Source of the DNA: Mytilus trossulus
Taxonomy: Eukaryota
Assembly (NCBI RefSeq): GCF_036588685.1
Contig: NC_086385.1
Span: 26,807,216 to 26,871,215, forward strand
Reading direction: 5' to 3'
Length of the DNA: 64,000 nt
Shown: positions 1 through 14,456 of the stretch, piece after piece
Numbering within the stretch: the first letter of the stretch is position 1
Layout: each line of letters starts with the position of its first letter
Program-made: the position numbers and the translations under genes
The notes under the pieces: model-generated
What the model was told of the DNA's origin: nothing
Database searches by the model: none
Seen by the model: only the letters and a program-made list of their open reading frames with translations

Positions 1-2149
1 TATATCACGTGAATGTTTGTGAACTTTGAATTTACTATGTCTGTAAATGATAATATGGTGGATTTTACACCAATGCTTATAATTTGATTTGATAAAAAGG
101 GCAAAGAAAATTATTCCCTTAAATTTGACAGTTGAAAGAAAGTGCTCCCCCATTTCTTAGAAGATCAGAACTCGTTTTCAAAAGACCATAATTTTGTTAT
201 TTAGTGTTCAAAACATATTTAAGAATCTTGAAGGAACCTATTCGTGACAGGACAGGGTAGCACTTAATCCATGCCAAGTATTTCTTGATTAATTCTGTAC
301 ATCTTTCGAAACATGACAATTTAACAAAGACAAATATGGGAGAATAACTTTATGCATGTGAACATTTCTACCTTTAGGGGTTGATGACACACAATAATAA
401 ACAAACAAGGATGTTATACAAATAGAATGAAATATGCACACTTTTATTAATTAGACACATAGGTGTGTTGTGGGCTATGTCATTTAATAGTCCATTTTCT
501 GCAGTACTTTGGTCTTTCGAAGTACAATGATCAAAACGATTGATCCTGAAGTTTGAATAACTCAGTCAATTATTATATATATATATATCTTTATTCTCAC
601 AAATCAAATTACAAAGGTATAGAGATAATTAAACATATTAACAGGTTTCCCATACTTTCAACCAGTGTCTGGTCAAGGGGTTTCCGTTCCGATGGTTTTA
701 ACCCCCATTTTGAGACGGTCAATTCGTTTAAATGGGGATATATGGTTGGAACTTCCCCTTTACCCTGGGTTTGAAACCCCATTTAAATATGGTTGGATCC
801 GCAAAAGGTCAAAATTGCTGCAGTCGGAAGAGTTTCAGTTTTTTTTAATAAATGTTTGGTTTTGGTTAATCAGTTTTAAGCAGATGGTTAGTTAACCTAT
901 AGCTATGTAAAAACCAAGATAGAACAGAAGATATAACATAAAGGAAACTGATTTCAATTTATCCCAAACAAAAATGCATAGCAAGTTCCTGTTTCGAACT
1001 AGTTCAGCAAAAACAAATACAAATGCAGGAGATTTATCGAACTGAAACCATGCAGACAGACAGTTTCAAAGTAAAGGCAACAAATATGTCGGTCCAAAAA
1101 AGTTACAAGGGTACATAATAGGATTGAGGAAGACAATAGCTGACCAAGAATGAACCGGCAAGGAGATGGTAGGGTCGAGGCTTAATTAGGATTAAAACAC
1201 ATTTAATTGTTGTGTCGATCTGTACTAAGGTCACAAAGGGCAGCACAAATTACAAGAATTCATAAATAAAACGAGTGTAAACACATATTTTAACAATACA
1301 TTGACATTCTAGAATATTGTTTTGAATATGTCGTCTGTCGAATACCTCAATTAGTGTATTGCCTTTGTAAACAGGTCACGCACATTTTACCTTTGTTTTG
1401 GTCATAAATAACAAATCGGAATACATTCAAAATGAATTAATAACTAATTCGTAACAAATCAAAATTTAATACTCACATCGGTGGTGTTTAAACTTTCCTA
1501 ATTATTTGCTGTGGTTTAGTTTTTTATCAAAATCGTCTTACGAAATACGGTAGTATTAGGAAAGAGTTTAAATCTCCTCACATTATGTACATTGAGAAAT
1601 CATGTATGATACACACACTTCGATAGCCATTCAACCGGAACTTAATATTATCAACGATTTATGGTCCAAAAACTTATTTTAAAAAGGTCAGACGACGCGA
1701 TGAGTCGTCGACGTTCGTTGTCAACACACCCTTGTAAGATGAACGTTTTGATAAAACTGCACAAACAACATATAGGTGCACTTGCAAAATGTCAAAATTT
1801 TAGTTTTATGAGATCAAATGTTAGATTCTTTTGTAATTAATTTGGAAAGTTTCATTGTCTAAATGCCATCAATCCAATTATATAGCATTGGCGGAACCAA
1901 AGAGAGAGTTGTAGAGGGCATATTTCCTTTGTTTGGTCGCCAGAAATATATTACATCATGTTTTTCACGATTTAAATGGTGCTTTTTTAAAATAGTCCAA
2001 AAATTGCGTTTCTGGAATTACGCTGCTTTTGAAAAAATCACGAATTCGCCCCTAAAACTGGACACTCAAAGACAAATTTTATTTATATAATTTAGCACTA
2101 TTATTATACGATATTCTCGGTTTAAATCTGTGTCTCCATATCTTGAACA

Positions 2150-3265
2150 CAAGAGCAAAAAAGGGGGGATACAACGAAGAAGTGTTCAGTATTTCATTCT
2201 CTTGAATTTCATTCCATATGCATAATTTTTTTTTATGAAACTGCATGTTGGTGTATAAAGTAACTACTACCCATCCCCCAAACTAAATCCGTTCTTGGTA
2301 TCGATTTAGTCACTTTTTACCTTAAATATATCGTTTCAGTCAAATTTCTAAGTTCATTTGAAAGATTCTCTTGTACCTTTTAACAAAACCTGAAATTAAA
2401 TACACCCACCCAATATTTCACACGGCCTCCCTCTTTGTGATATATACATGTAGTAGTATTGTATACCATAATGCCAAACTACCACGTTCTAATATCTAGA
2501 AAAGGGGAGGGGGGGGGGGGGGTTAGTACAACGAAGCTAAAGAATTATAATTTTGTTTAACTCATTGGAATTTCATCCCATGTGATAATTACTAAATTTT
2601 TTTTGAAATCCCGTGTAAAATGTAAATACTCCTCCCCCTCGGCATTGGTGTCGATTTAGTAACTTATGACCCTAAATATACATAATTTCTGTCCAAAATC
2701 CAAGTTCCTTTGACCTTTTTACACGAAATCTGAGAAAAAAAACTCACCCCACCCAATTTTTCACACGACCTCTTTCAACATCTTCACGGATACATTAACC
2801 TAAATTGTATACAAAAATTAAATGCCAGACTCCCACGTTTTTTAAATTATTTTTATTTAAAACAATATAACATCTTACGTCATCAAAAAGGATTATCGGG
2901 TCAGCATAAATGTCTCAACATCTTTAACATGGAAAAAAAAGGGGGTGGGGGACACAAAGTGTGGAAAATAATCTAGTTTTAGGAATATGTGGTGTGAGAT
3001 ATGCCTTATTTTTTTTTTTGTAATACCCCATGTTGATGTTTAATTTCACTAGACTAGCTCTCCGATCCCCGGCCTTGGTATCGATTAGTCACTTATGACC
3101 CTAAATATATCATTTCTGGCAAAAATCTAAGTTCATTTGACCTTTTTTCACAAGAAATCTGAAAAAAATACCCCCACCCAATCTTTCACACGACCTAACA
3201 TCTTCACGGATACATTTATTGATATTTTATACAAAAATGTCAAAACTCCCACGGTTCAATATCTT
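2150..3265. repeat. Degenerate tandem array, three units of ~350-430 bp
   Basis: ttggt.tcgatt.agt.actt near 2296, 2645 and 3075; caccca..t.ttcacacg near 2406, 2749 and 3174; aatg.caa.act.ccacg near 2470, 2821 and 3236. Confidence 0.75.
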
Positions 3266-4373
3266 TAGAGTATTGATGCTCTACGGGCTAATGTAATCCC
3301 CTTTGATCTTTTTTACAAATTTAAATATTTCAAATTTTAAAATAAGAATGAATACCTACATGTCACAGTGGTATCCAGGTCACGTCTTCTTTGTATACAA
3401 ATTAAATTTAAGGTTTCTAATATGATGAAACAGCGGTTTGGTGATCTAATCGGTACAAAAATTGTCCATGGGGTTCATTCGGGGTCAAAGATCACTAGTT
3501 TACAAATTAGATTATATTAAAAATTATCATTGCGTAATAACCAATCTATAAATAAGGTTGAATTCACTTTTTAAAATTGCGAACATTAGGGTAGTACACT
3601 ACAGTATATGATCTGATCTTTGGAATACTTTCAGTGGCTTTTCAATCGAGGCTTTCAATTTAAAAAAAAACTAATAACTTTTTTAAAGTAATTTTAAATT
3701 TTGAATGCCCTTTTGGAGCCTCAAATGTTTTATTAATTTCTCACTACAGATTTTCATAAGTTGACGTTTTTCACCCACTTAATCAATCAAGTTCGTGTCA
3801 AATTTTATCTTCAGTATATTTACACTTACAGTTATACATGTATGGGAATTTTTCGTTGATCAGTTGTACATGTAAGGCGGTTATCATAATTTTCCAATAT
3901 TCTAAAATTAGCCTAATTCTAAATCACATATTATTATCAACCATTCAAATACGCATGGATAGTACGTGGTGAAAAATTTGGAAGTTGATCAAAAGTGTGA
4001 ATTTTTCATTCTTGCAAATTGTTATAAAAAAAAGATATTTATAAAAAAAAAGGGGAGGGGCAATAATGCATATGTTTCAGAACACTTGAGTAAATTGGTC
4101 TACCTCCCTTCTTTCTCGACAGAACACTATGGACAGATTAGCGTCATATGTAGGATGAATCAGGTGGGGTATGATACATGTCGGGTGGGCTAATAATGGG
4201 GATCCAAAATTAAATTGTATTTCCTATTTTGTTCCTTGTGAAAAATGGACGTATGATAGGCCATATTGTGACCCCTTCAACTATGAAACAAAGTATTCTA
4301 GATCTACCAAAAATTATTATTTAAAATCGATATCCAAAGTTTGATATATCATTTATATTATCATGATAATTGT

Positions 4374-4527
4374 CAGAGGCGGATCCAGCCATTTTAAAAG
4401 GGGGGGGGGGGGTTCCCAACCAAGAGTAAAAGGGGGTGGGTGGGGTTCCAACTATATGTTCCCTTTCAAATGCATTGACCGTCCAAAAAGGGGGGTTCCA
4501 ACCCCCGGACACCCTCCCTGGACCTGT
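4374..4527. mobile_element. Short GC-rich MITE-like repeat (cagNggcggatcca family)
   Basis: Begins cagaggcggatccag and contains G-runs. A related element at 19718-19876 begins cagtggcggatccag and ends atccgcatctg. Confidence 0.55.
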
Positions 4528-4911
4528 CAATGATTGTAGATGCATTTTTACATATATACATATTTGAATTAAACGTCTTGACATTATTGACATTTTCAAT
4601 AAATTTTTAAATATGAGTGCTTTTCAAAAACACTAATATTGCTACAAGATGTTTTCAAAGATACTTTGCTACAAGAAGTTTTTTACATATATATTTTAGA
4701 ATATCTACTAGTATTTAATATGTGATAGAGTAAGGCCTTAGCACATATACGTTTGTTTTGACATTATATGTGTAGGCCGAAATGAACAATTTTACAGTCG
4801 AATATGTCAATGTTGCCGTGACATATTAATGACATCTCCATGACATCTGAAATGACATACATCTGCACCAATGATTCCAGATTTAATAATAGATATAGGA
4901 AGATGTGGTAT

Positions 4912-5268
4912 GAGGCCGTGGTGTAGTGGTTAGTGCATCGGACTACTAACAGAAGGGTTCATGGTTCGATTCCCGTTCTGGGGAGAAAATTGCAGGGACT
5001 GAATTTTCGGCTCTTCCTTGACCCCATTTGCGAGTATGGTCTTGAGGAAACGATGATAGTCCGTCTGAAGGGGGCGATAAATGGCTAATCGTGTTAAGAG
5101 AGAGACATATCTCTTGCACGTCTTGCACGTTAAAGACACTCTTGTAGATTTCGAAAAAAGAGCAGACTAATGTCGCTACTAGGCAGTACTCGAACACGAA
5201 AAGTGGAAAGGGATTAAGATAAGTTGCAAAACTTGTTTCCCAATCTACTAGAAATAAACATGTTTAAA
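4912..5268 (+). mobile_element. tRNA-derived SINE (possibly Meta-domain type)
   Basis: Pol III A box tggtgtagtgg (4919-4929) and B box ggttcgattcc (4963-4973), followed by a ~290 nt non-tRNA body containing gcacgttaaaga and an A-rich tail. No intact acceptor stem. Confidence 0.75.
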
Positions 5269-7269
5269 TTACCAATTCATAAAAGTAAACCAAATGGGTC
5301 AAGGTACGTCCTTCATTAAGAAGCGTGTATGCTTATCAATAAAATATTATATTTTATTTTTAAAATTTTGGTTATTTTTTTGTTTGCAATCTCGATAGTC
5401 TATCAATGGTTCTAATAATACCTCCGTTTTTTCAATATGAATATTCTTTTTCAAAATGCTTCACCACTCCCCCTTTTATCCACAAAGATGAATAGATGCT
5501 GATCATCTAACAATATAGTATATAATATGTTTACAAAACAGGAAAATTATCAAGCTTCAGAATCCCAAATTTATACGAGATCATACGATTATATACATTA
5601 ATTTAACCTTTATTGAAAACCGTCATAATATATAGGGAAATTTGAAGAAACTAGAAAGTTTATTAAGCAGTAATCTGTTGCTTTGATATCAATCGATTAT
5701 CCAGGGAAATTCCGATTTAGAGTTCAAAGTGCAAAAGAAAATAACATTAATACGACGCATATCCTGAAAATAAATATCCAAAACGCCTACATGTATACTA
5801 CTCAAATAATTAAATGTAAGTTTTGGAAAGTGGAAAATATTTCTGAATCAGTATTTATACGAAAACGGTGTTAATATTATGTTAATATCGAGAGTGCGCG
5901 CCAATTTACAAAGTTAAGTACGTTTCTGTTTCCAAATACATGTCCAATTATGGCATTATCTTTCAATTTTAACTTTTTTTTATGAACACAATACACATAA
6001 TATTTATATAAAAAGTTCTGAAAGTATACTCACATTTTGATGACACTATTAACATAAATTCATTTCCGACAGGTGAAAATTGAACGGGTCAAAATTTTTA
6101 TCTTCTTGAGTAATACCTTTACTGTACCTAGTATATTTACCCACACAATCGAATGTAAACAAATATTATGTGTATTTAACGTTAATACATATAATACGTG
6201 TCCTGACAGGCGGTGTGTAAATTTTTAAATTATGTCTTTCTTTTAATCGCTGAGAAATAATGAGTTCTTCACATGTTATATTAGTCGAGAAAGAAACAGA
6301 AAATCTATTCTCCATATCGATAAAAAAAAATCTGATAAAAAGGGAGGAATTGAATTATTCGGATTAGTAATATCCCAATGATCTGTACCTTGGAATTCAA
6401 GCTATTGTTTTAGTTTATGAAGAAGTGGTAATTTACTTTTAATTATTATTTGAAAAAAAGATGTGGTATACATATCAAGGGAACAACCCACCGCAGACCA
6501 AAATGACGTAGATTTTAGCAACTATCCCCTTTTTACCTTTTTTAATATCGTCTAACCATTACTGACATGGTTTAACGAATAATAAAGAGCTCTATTGATG
6601 CATCGCTTGAACTTTCTAATTCAAAACCAATTTCGGTTCGGTTATCATTAATTTGAGAAAGCTTATCTATCTCTATAAAGGAGATCTATTGGATGTTGAC
6701 GCAATGTTACGCCACAAAGACGTGAACGAAGACCTCTTTATGATTTTACAACCTCTTCAAAATACCATAGGAATGAAGATTATCACTTTTCCTCATAGAC
6801 ACAAACAAGGGTCCTATTATAAAAGTTCAATGGTATTATCACATAAAGAAATTGGATTTAATTTAAGGATCGTTTTCCTTTAATACCCCCTCCAAAATTA
6901 CGTAAGTCAAATACATGATATAAACCCAGAGACACAAATACATATTGTTGTATGATTATTAGTCAATAAAGTATTTGAATAGAATGGGAGTGATAAAAAT
7001 AGCACGAGGGTAACAAAACAAGACAAATATGTCACCGTGGGATAAAATAACAGGCCTCTTTTCATTTACTAAACAAGTCAAATGTTTGATGTTCGTTTGT
7101 CTAAGCTTTATTTGATGACCAGCAAATACGGCATGTAGAATAATAATAAAGCTAAATGGGGACGGGGATTGTACACTTATGCACATGCAAAACACCAGAA
7201 TATAGATAAAAATTTAGATTTATATAGGTATACATGTATTTTTCCGTTAAAAATATATATTTGACAATA

Positions 7270-7682
7270 CACATCTACTTTTGCATAGGTACTATTTCTG
7301 TACTAAAAAAATGCAGTACTAGAAATTTACTTTTAATATTTAGTAATATTTCTTTACTTTAAAACTATTGTAATATTTAGGTACTTATATTTTACAGTAC
7401 TTGATTTGTACTAAATATTTTAGTACAGAAATAATACCATATTCCTTGTTTGAAAATCATAACTTTAAGAGAGTTGGAATAGAAAAACTTTCAAAATGCT
7501 GAGATGTAACGGTAGTAACCAAAAATCTGTAGTACCTAAATTTCAAGTGCAAATAAAGTACTGTAAAATACAGGTACCTGAATATTACAATAATATTAAC
7601 AAAATATTACTGCATATTAAAAGTAGATTTCCAGTACTACAAATTTTAGTACAGAAATAGTACATATGCAAAAGTAGCTGTG
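7270..7682. mobile_element. MITE with long terminal inverted repeats and TA target duplication (Tc1/mariner-type)
   Basis: TA|cacatctacttttgcataggtactatttctgtactaaaa ... ttttagtacagaaatagtacatatgcaaaagtagctgtg|TA. A second copy is at 36719-37184. Confidence 0.85.
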
Positions 7683-8513
7683 TATGTACCACTATAGCGC
7701 ATGTTTAATTACAATCACGTCCTTTCAACTTTGAAAATTCTGAATATTCCCCCCTAAAACATGACTCCATGCTCAGCCATGAACAAGTTTAATGAACACG
7801 GTCCATTTATTTTCAGGTCAATGCCTTAACAAGACAAGAGAAAAGTTTGACGGTGCAGAGTAGAATGGGACCCTGGTTCACTCCTCGACAGTAGACTCGA
7901 AGTAAAGCTGAGATAAAAAAAAATGACTTGCAGAACCCTTCTGTATTTCATCTATATACATCGTTCGAATGCGAGGGTTAACTTAAACATAATTTGAGGT
8001 TCACAATTTCCTGGTGTTAACAATAGCTATTACATGTGTGTTGTTTGGTTTGACTGGTACTCAAACATTGTTACACGCAAAATAGTCCTTATAAATACTT
8101 TAGCATTATAAAACATCCAAAACTGAATTTAAGGCAGACAAATTGTAACTATTATCAATCTGTGGTACAAGTGTATTACATATAAAACAATTTTTACATG
8201 TGAATGCACCTACAAGCCCCTGAGTAACCGAAAAGATTGGGAAGTCCTTATATTACATTTATAATAAATTAAATTATATATAATGAAGGTTATTCTGCAA
8301 AATTTACAGCTTCGCAGGAACAGCGTTTGACCTTCTATAGACAAAAGTTCTATGATTTGTGATCTGTCGCCTCGTATATTCAGCACCAATCGAGGTTACA
8401 TTCCTCCTGCTATCAAGTTCAATTATTTTTCAAATTTGTGTCACGGAAAATTTTATGCATGTCGATGTGGAGAACAACATATAAAACTATAAATTTGACA
8501 CAATGGTCAGTAA

Positions 8514-8755
8514 ATATAAAAAAGAAGATGTGGTATGAATGCCAATGAGACAACTATCCACAAGAGACCAAAATGACAGACATTTACAACTATAGGTCAC
8601 CGTACGGCCTTCAACAATGAGCAAAGCCCATACCGCATAGTCAGCTATAAAAGGCCCCGATAAGACAATGTAAAACAATTCAAACGAGAAAACTAACGGC
8701 CTTATTTATGTAAAAAACGAAAAAAAAACCAAATATGTAACACACAAACAAACGA
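8514..8755 (-). repeat. Abundant dispersed repeat family (aagatgtggtatgaNtgccaatgagacaact)
   Basis: Near-identical inverted copies at 21732-21890 and 43608-43917. Diverged or variant copies at 8948-9083, 22290-22398, 23255-23423, 43251-43420 and 46078-46110. Confidence 0.85.
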
Positions 8756-9109
8756 AGTTAATTCAATTAAACAAATCTGCAACCATGGTATACGTATATG
8801 GTACATGCAAAGACACTTTACAATTCTCATTTCTAATGCTGTTTTGTTTCTTGATGCCTCTCCCCCTCAAACACCATACCTAGTTTTCAAATGACAAGAT
8901 CCGACCCTGATGAAAATCCGTTTAGTTTTGTTATTCTTTATGATTTCTATAGATATAGGAAGATGTGGTGTGAGTGCCAATGAGACAACTCTCCATCCAA
9001 ATAACAATTTAAAAATTAAACCATTATAGGTTAAAGTACGGCCTTCAACACGGAGCCTTGGCTCACACCGAACAACAAGCTATATTCTTACATATGTATG
9101 GATATGTAA

Positions 9110-9310
9110 GAGTAGGGATAGGACCTTTATAGGGACTCCAGGATCGGGTGTTTTTAAGCTCGGGATTTCAGAATTGACCCGTTCGGGATCCGGGAATTCT
9201 TGTTTTTGAATTTCGGGACCTCGGGATTTTGTGTTTTCAAGCCCGGGATTTCGGGATTTTATGTTTTTAAGCCCAGGAATTAGGGATCGGGACCCCTCCT
9301 ACCCTCCCTC
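9110..9310. mobile_element. MITE with internal cgggatttc/tttaagc repeats and a 6-bp target site duplication
   Basis: atgtaa flanks both sides (9104-9109 and 9311-9316). Imperfect TIR gagtagggatagga / tcctaccctccctc. Confidence 0.7.
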
Positions 9311-12300
9311 ATGTAAGCTAATGTGACAAGCAAAACTTATAGCACAAAACAAATGAGTATAAGCTTATTCCTAGGAGTCTTTATGTCAACTGACTGAACC
9401 TTTATGTCGATCCCCATTGTAGTGGAGGGGATTCAAGATAAAGAATTTCAAAATCCTTATCACTAATATTAGGGTTATAATATGACCTGTCTTTGACCTT
9501 AAGGAATTTAATTTAATCGAGAACATGACGACATTTGACATCTTAATTTCAAGATCAAAGCTGTCTTTAAATACAGGTTTTGGTCATCAATATTTTAATG
9601 GATAATACCGATACCTATTTTGCAGTTAATGACTTCTTCCAAAATATTTTAAATGCCTTAAACGACAGCTGCAGTGGTCAATTTGAGATATAAGGTATAT
9701 CAAAGTAGATGATCTTAGTAAGTTTTGTAACAACTCGAAAATATACAATGGGTTTTGAAATACAATTTAATTTTATTGTGAAAGTGTGTATCACCTTGAC
9801 CTGGTATTTTTCAAGGTCAGAGTAACCGAGTTTCTGTTGTTCAGTCCATTCAAGTGAAATCATTCTTGAATGCTGCCCTTTTAATCCAGTCGATATATTC
9901 TGCTTAGGGCAACCGCTTATAAGGTCTACATCAAGTGCAGGATATTGTCCATTAGAAGGGCTGTAATTCTTGGGGTTAGCCCGATAGAAATACAGAAAAC
10001 TGACATCGACCATTCTCACCATGGGAACACATAATGAGTAGTACATCAATGCGACGATTTTTATTTAAATAAATTACTTTCAACTGCATTTTTAGGCGAG
10101 AAGTAATCGAAGTTGATAAACTTAAACAAGTTCAAGCCGTTTGCTTGTTAGGATCTTAAACTTCTTTTTTTCCAACTTCTGTTTTGACGACATGGACGAA
10201 CTTTCGGGAAATTCGGGTTTTGTCAGTGTAATACACATTTTCATAAAATTGAAGGTTGTGTTTTGACACTTCATTGGCTGATATGTCCTTATTATCATCC
10301 AGAACAGAAAGTAAATCAAAGTCACGGTTTAGTTCTTATTAGCAAAGCTAGGACACATGGTGTGCATTTTAATCATTAAAGCCCTATTTTTGCTAAATAG
10401 CATGGATAATGAAGATGGTTAAAAAAATAGTAAAAAAGAGGTTACAACCATATTGAACAATGGACTCTGAAGGCTCTTAATTTACTGTTGCGAGAACTGA
10501 ATAATTTATTTTTCTAACCGATACTACCCAAAAAAGTTAAACAACACAACTTTTGACTGAAGTAAACAAAAATCGATTTATTGGTAATGTCAGATCCTTC
10601 TTAGCATTTTCTACAAATATATCAGCCCTCAAAGTTTGACATCCATTAAACGCAATGGAATTTTTGCTAAACATCCTTTTAGAGTAGCATATCTATCTAC
10701 AGGGTATACAAAGCAATGCAGTCATATCTACTTCGCTTCAGAAATACTTTTTGCTCTTCGTGTGATGGTATTGAAGGAACATCGTGTAAACATGGTTACA
10801 GATTAATTTATGCTATCGAATCAAAATACCGTACATGGAATTTTTAGATGATTGATAAGATATTAATCTAATAACGATGACTTTTGATCTTGTCACTGGA
10901 AAGGTCACGTTCACTTCCGTCATAAAAATACCATTAGTCCTGCAGTAAAACGAACAATGAGAAGGAACATAATAAAAATAGTGTGTACGTTACCCAGTCA
11001 TGTCTTTAGGTTCCCTCTATGTAGCGTAAATTATTCTTCCAAATAAATGAAAACACCCCATTTTTGTTACAAACTTTTCCGTGTTGACTTTGTTTATAAT
11101 TAAACGCACTTAATTTGTGTCCACCACGCTAACCCATCTGGAAGGATCGACATGAGGGTAAATTAGTCGTAGGTGGTGTTACATCAATCAACGCCCAATT
11201 AAAAATGTTAAAAATTCAAGTAATTCTTAAGATATGTACCCCGATGTCACAGTATAAGTGAATTAGAAATATTATTATAAATGCGTAGAATATATTAATA
11301 ATATTAATTATGGAGGAAAATTATCCTTGTGAGCCCCAGATACATCTAATTATCCTGTTGTGTTCAAATGACCGTCCGTTACTTTTAGCCTTCGGACAAA
11401 CAACGTTTGTGTATTTGTGTTTGAAGCCGATTTTTGATCGATTTCATTGTGTTGTTTTTTGGGGCGATATAGTTAAGAGATGAATGACAACTGCCTTAAT
11501 TATAACGTGACAAAACCAATTGAAGTAACATGTCAAAAATTCATTTAGGGTTAGTGACCAATAATGGGAAGGTGTCTTTGTATAAGGGAACCTTCCATCT
11601 AACTTTCATGAGATTGGTTTTTGTTTTGTTCTGACTTCTGTTTCGCTTCACGCTAGCCGAAATAATTTAATGTTGATATCAAACCCAGCACGAAATTATT
11701 TTTACAACTTTACATTAAATTTCATTTATTTTTTTAGATCAAAAGTAGATTGTGTTTGCGAAAAACACCCCCCTACCCACAAATACCGTTCCTTGAAACA
11801 GGGACTTTCTATATATTTTTTTCTTCAGATTCTACTTACATTTTTTTGTTTGCCCTGTTTCAAAATAAAGAATAGAAAATATATGCATATAATATGTCCG
11901 TCAATGAGAAAGCGACCGGTTATCATAAATCACATTTTTTTGTAACAATAAAACGAAACCTTTGGTTTTTCTTCTTATAATTTAGCGTGTATATTTGCGA
12001 TAGATAATGTGTTATCGATAATCCTGAACATGCATGTAGTACTTGCCGCTGGAGATAATCGAAAACAAATAATGACCAATATGGCATCAATTATAATGTC
12101 GCTAATTTGCATTCCACAGCTGTTTCCTAATTTACAATTCATATATGTGTCAGTTTTTAACATACTACATTGCATAATATGCAATATATCAATTACGGGG
12201 AAAGGTTAAATTATAAAAATATTTATCTGAAAAATTTGTCCCCAATTGAAGCAAATTTTAAAAATTATTTTGTGTCACAAAAAAACATGAATTCAGTGAA

Positions 12301-12740
12301 ATTACTACAAGAAATCATTCCTTTTGAATGAATTATAATTATTCACGTGAAATTATATGTTTCCGAACCCTAAAGCCGTAAACAGGCGTGAAGCTTCTGT
12401 AAAAAGGGGGGATGTGAATAAAATTCACCGAAAAACGAACGATACATAATCGAATTTTACCTGGTAAAAATAGACAAAAATCTTTAACTGCAAGACTGAA
12501 AAAAGATCTCGAGACCAGTGTCAACCTATACAAAAGAGACTGAGATTGATCTAAAACATTGAGTTATTAATTATGTATATGTAGAAATTTTCGGGCAAAC
12601 TAAATTATATTTAGATATCGCCAGTAGTCGATTACTAGCTATATATAGACGTCTTGTAATGGACTTCTGATATCACCCAACGGACGGTAAACACAATAAT
12701 AAAAACTAAAGAGTTTAGTATCCAAAATATTTCTTTTCCA

Positions 12741-12985
12741 GATTGATTGCATGGTGTTAACTCCACGTTCAGCGTTATTGTGTTGTTTTGTGTTAGTAAG
12801 TAGAGGAAGTCGGAGTGTCGGAACAGAACCAACGACCTTCGGTAGGGAAAAAAACCCAAAACTAGTAAAAAAGATTAAGAATCGAGCGCACCTGTTTTGA
12901 GCGGGGTTCGAAATCACAACCTCTGTTGAATACTTCAGCTAGTTATACTGTAGTTTGACTGCTTTGACCACTAATCCATCGAGGC
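12741..12985 (-). mobile_element. tRNA-derived SINE with V-domain-like core
   Basis: The minus strand reads tggattagtgg (A box) and tttcgaacc (B box), then ggtcgttggttctgttccgacactccgacttcctc (V-SINE-like core), and ends in a caatcaatc tail. Confidence 0.65.
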
Positions 12986-13893
12986 ACTGTTTTTCAAGAA
13001 AATATTTGCCGGTTCTCTTGACGAAGGTTTTTGACTCCCTGAGCCTCTTAGGACCCATACTTCTATAACAAATCCTATAATAAAGCCAAGAGTGATGAAA
13101 GTGGCGGTAAACACAACAGTCAGTCCATCTTTTAAAGCCATACTAGATTTTTTTGGTACTTTTGATCAAATCAAGTGAAAAAAATACTCTTTCTCATAAA
13201 ATGTAGAAATTTGTCACTCTTAATTTAGGAAAACGCCGTATTCTTAACTATCTTTCTGATTTCGATTTTTTTTATATATTTTACTCATTTCTATAGTTTA
13301 CAGTTTTGCTTCCACTTTTGGATTTATTGATTGATAGTTGGATGTTTAAAGTCCAGTGGCAAATAGTTCATGCGTGTTCAGGATGACTTTTGGATTTAGA
13401 TTGAAGTTCTTGTAAGATTCCAATAATTTGTTACGGGTATATCATTGCAAGTCTTTGCATGCGTGTCTTAAGTAAATTCATATGTTAACCGTCTGTATGT
13501 ATGCTTATAACATCTTGTTTTTTTCATAGTTTGAACTAAATATGTTTGTGTGTTGTATTCTCATAGACGTTCATCCACCTGTTCATCCACCTATATGGGT
13601 TATTATACCGGTTATCTCCCTTTCAAATTGAACATACGGGTACCAGAGTCATCCTGGTTGTCTAATATATTTGTCAGAGCCAAACAGATACTAAGTCGAC
13701 AGGGAACCAGTATATATTATTACGGAAATGGATTCAGGATTTACTAAAACTGGGCGTAGTTTAAAAACTTAAAAAAAAATGTAATTTTCGATAATTTAAC
13801 ATGTTAAAAGCGAGGGAGATAGGAGTACAGGTGTGGCCGTGGTGTGTCGTCCGTTTTTTTCGGTGGTAATTCAAAAATACAACAGAAACATGC

Positions 13894-13919
13894 TTTATTA
13901 ACAATTTTAATTATTTATT
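13894..13919 (-). promoter_or_regulatory. Candidate polyadenylation signals of innexin 1
   Basis: Two AATAAA hexamers on the minus strand (13894-13899, 13914-13919), about 550 nt past the stop. Confidence 0.35.
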
Positions 13920-14456
13920 GGAATGCCCGATTTAACACTAATCTGGAATGATACATTTCATTCATATTTTTACAAATGATACATGTATAATCAAGAATGG
14001 AATAAGAGACAAGTCCCTAATGTTACGCAACGCATGTAATCTATAAAACAGTATATACACGCCAATGACACTATCTGATTCTAAATTAGCCAGTGACAAA
14101 ACAATTAATATTTGCTATTCACATTAAAACAACTACATGTACAAGTTTTCACTTAAAAAGCTGGATGAATCATGGAAGTTCGTTTCTTACTTTGAAAACT
14201 TCATATTTCGGTCTCGTGTCATCTTTTTAGTTTACTACCAACAACGAATATTGTACTTAAAAGATAAAAAAAAAACAAGATGTAAAATTACGCTATCACA
14301 AACTCAGCTATTCTGGCATTGTTTTTAAAAAGCACCATAAAATTTAACAAGTCATGAAAATGCAACGAATACGAGAGTTAACATCTGCGTTCTTGGTCCG
14401 CGAACCATTTGGTCTGGAAGACTATGGATATGCAAATGAGTCACTTAGTGACAATG

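Noticed and set aside
4912-4985. Functional tRNA gene
   Set aside because: A and B boxes are present, but the acceptor and anticodon stems do not pair and the sequence continues into a SINE body.
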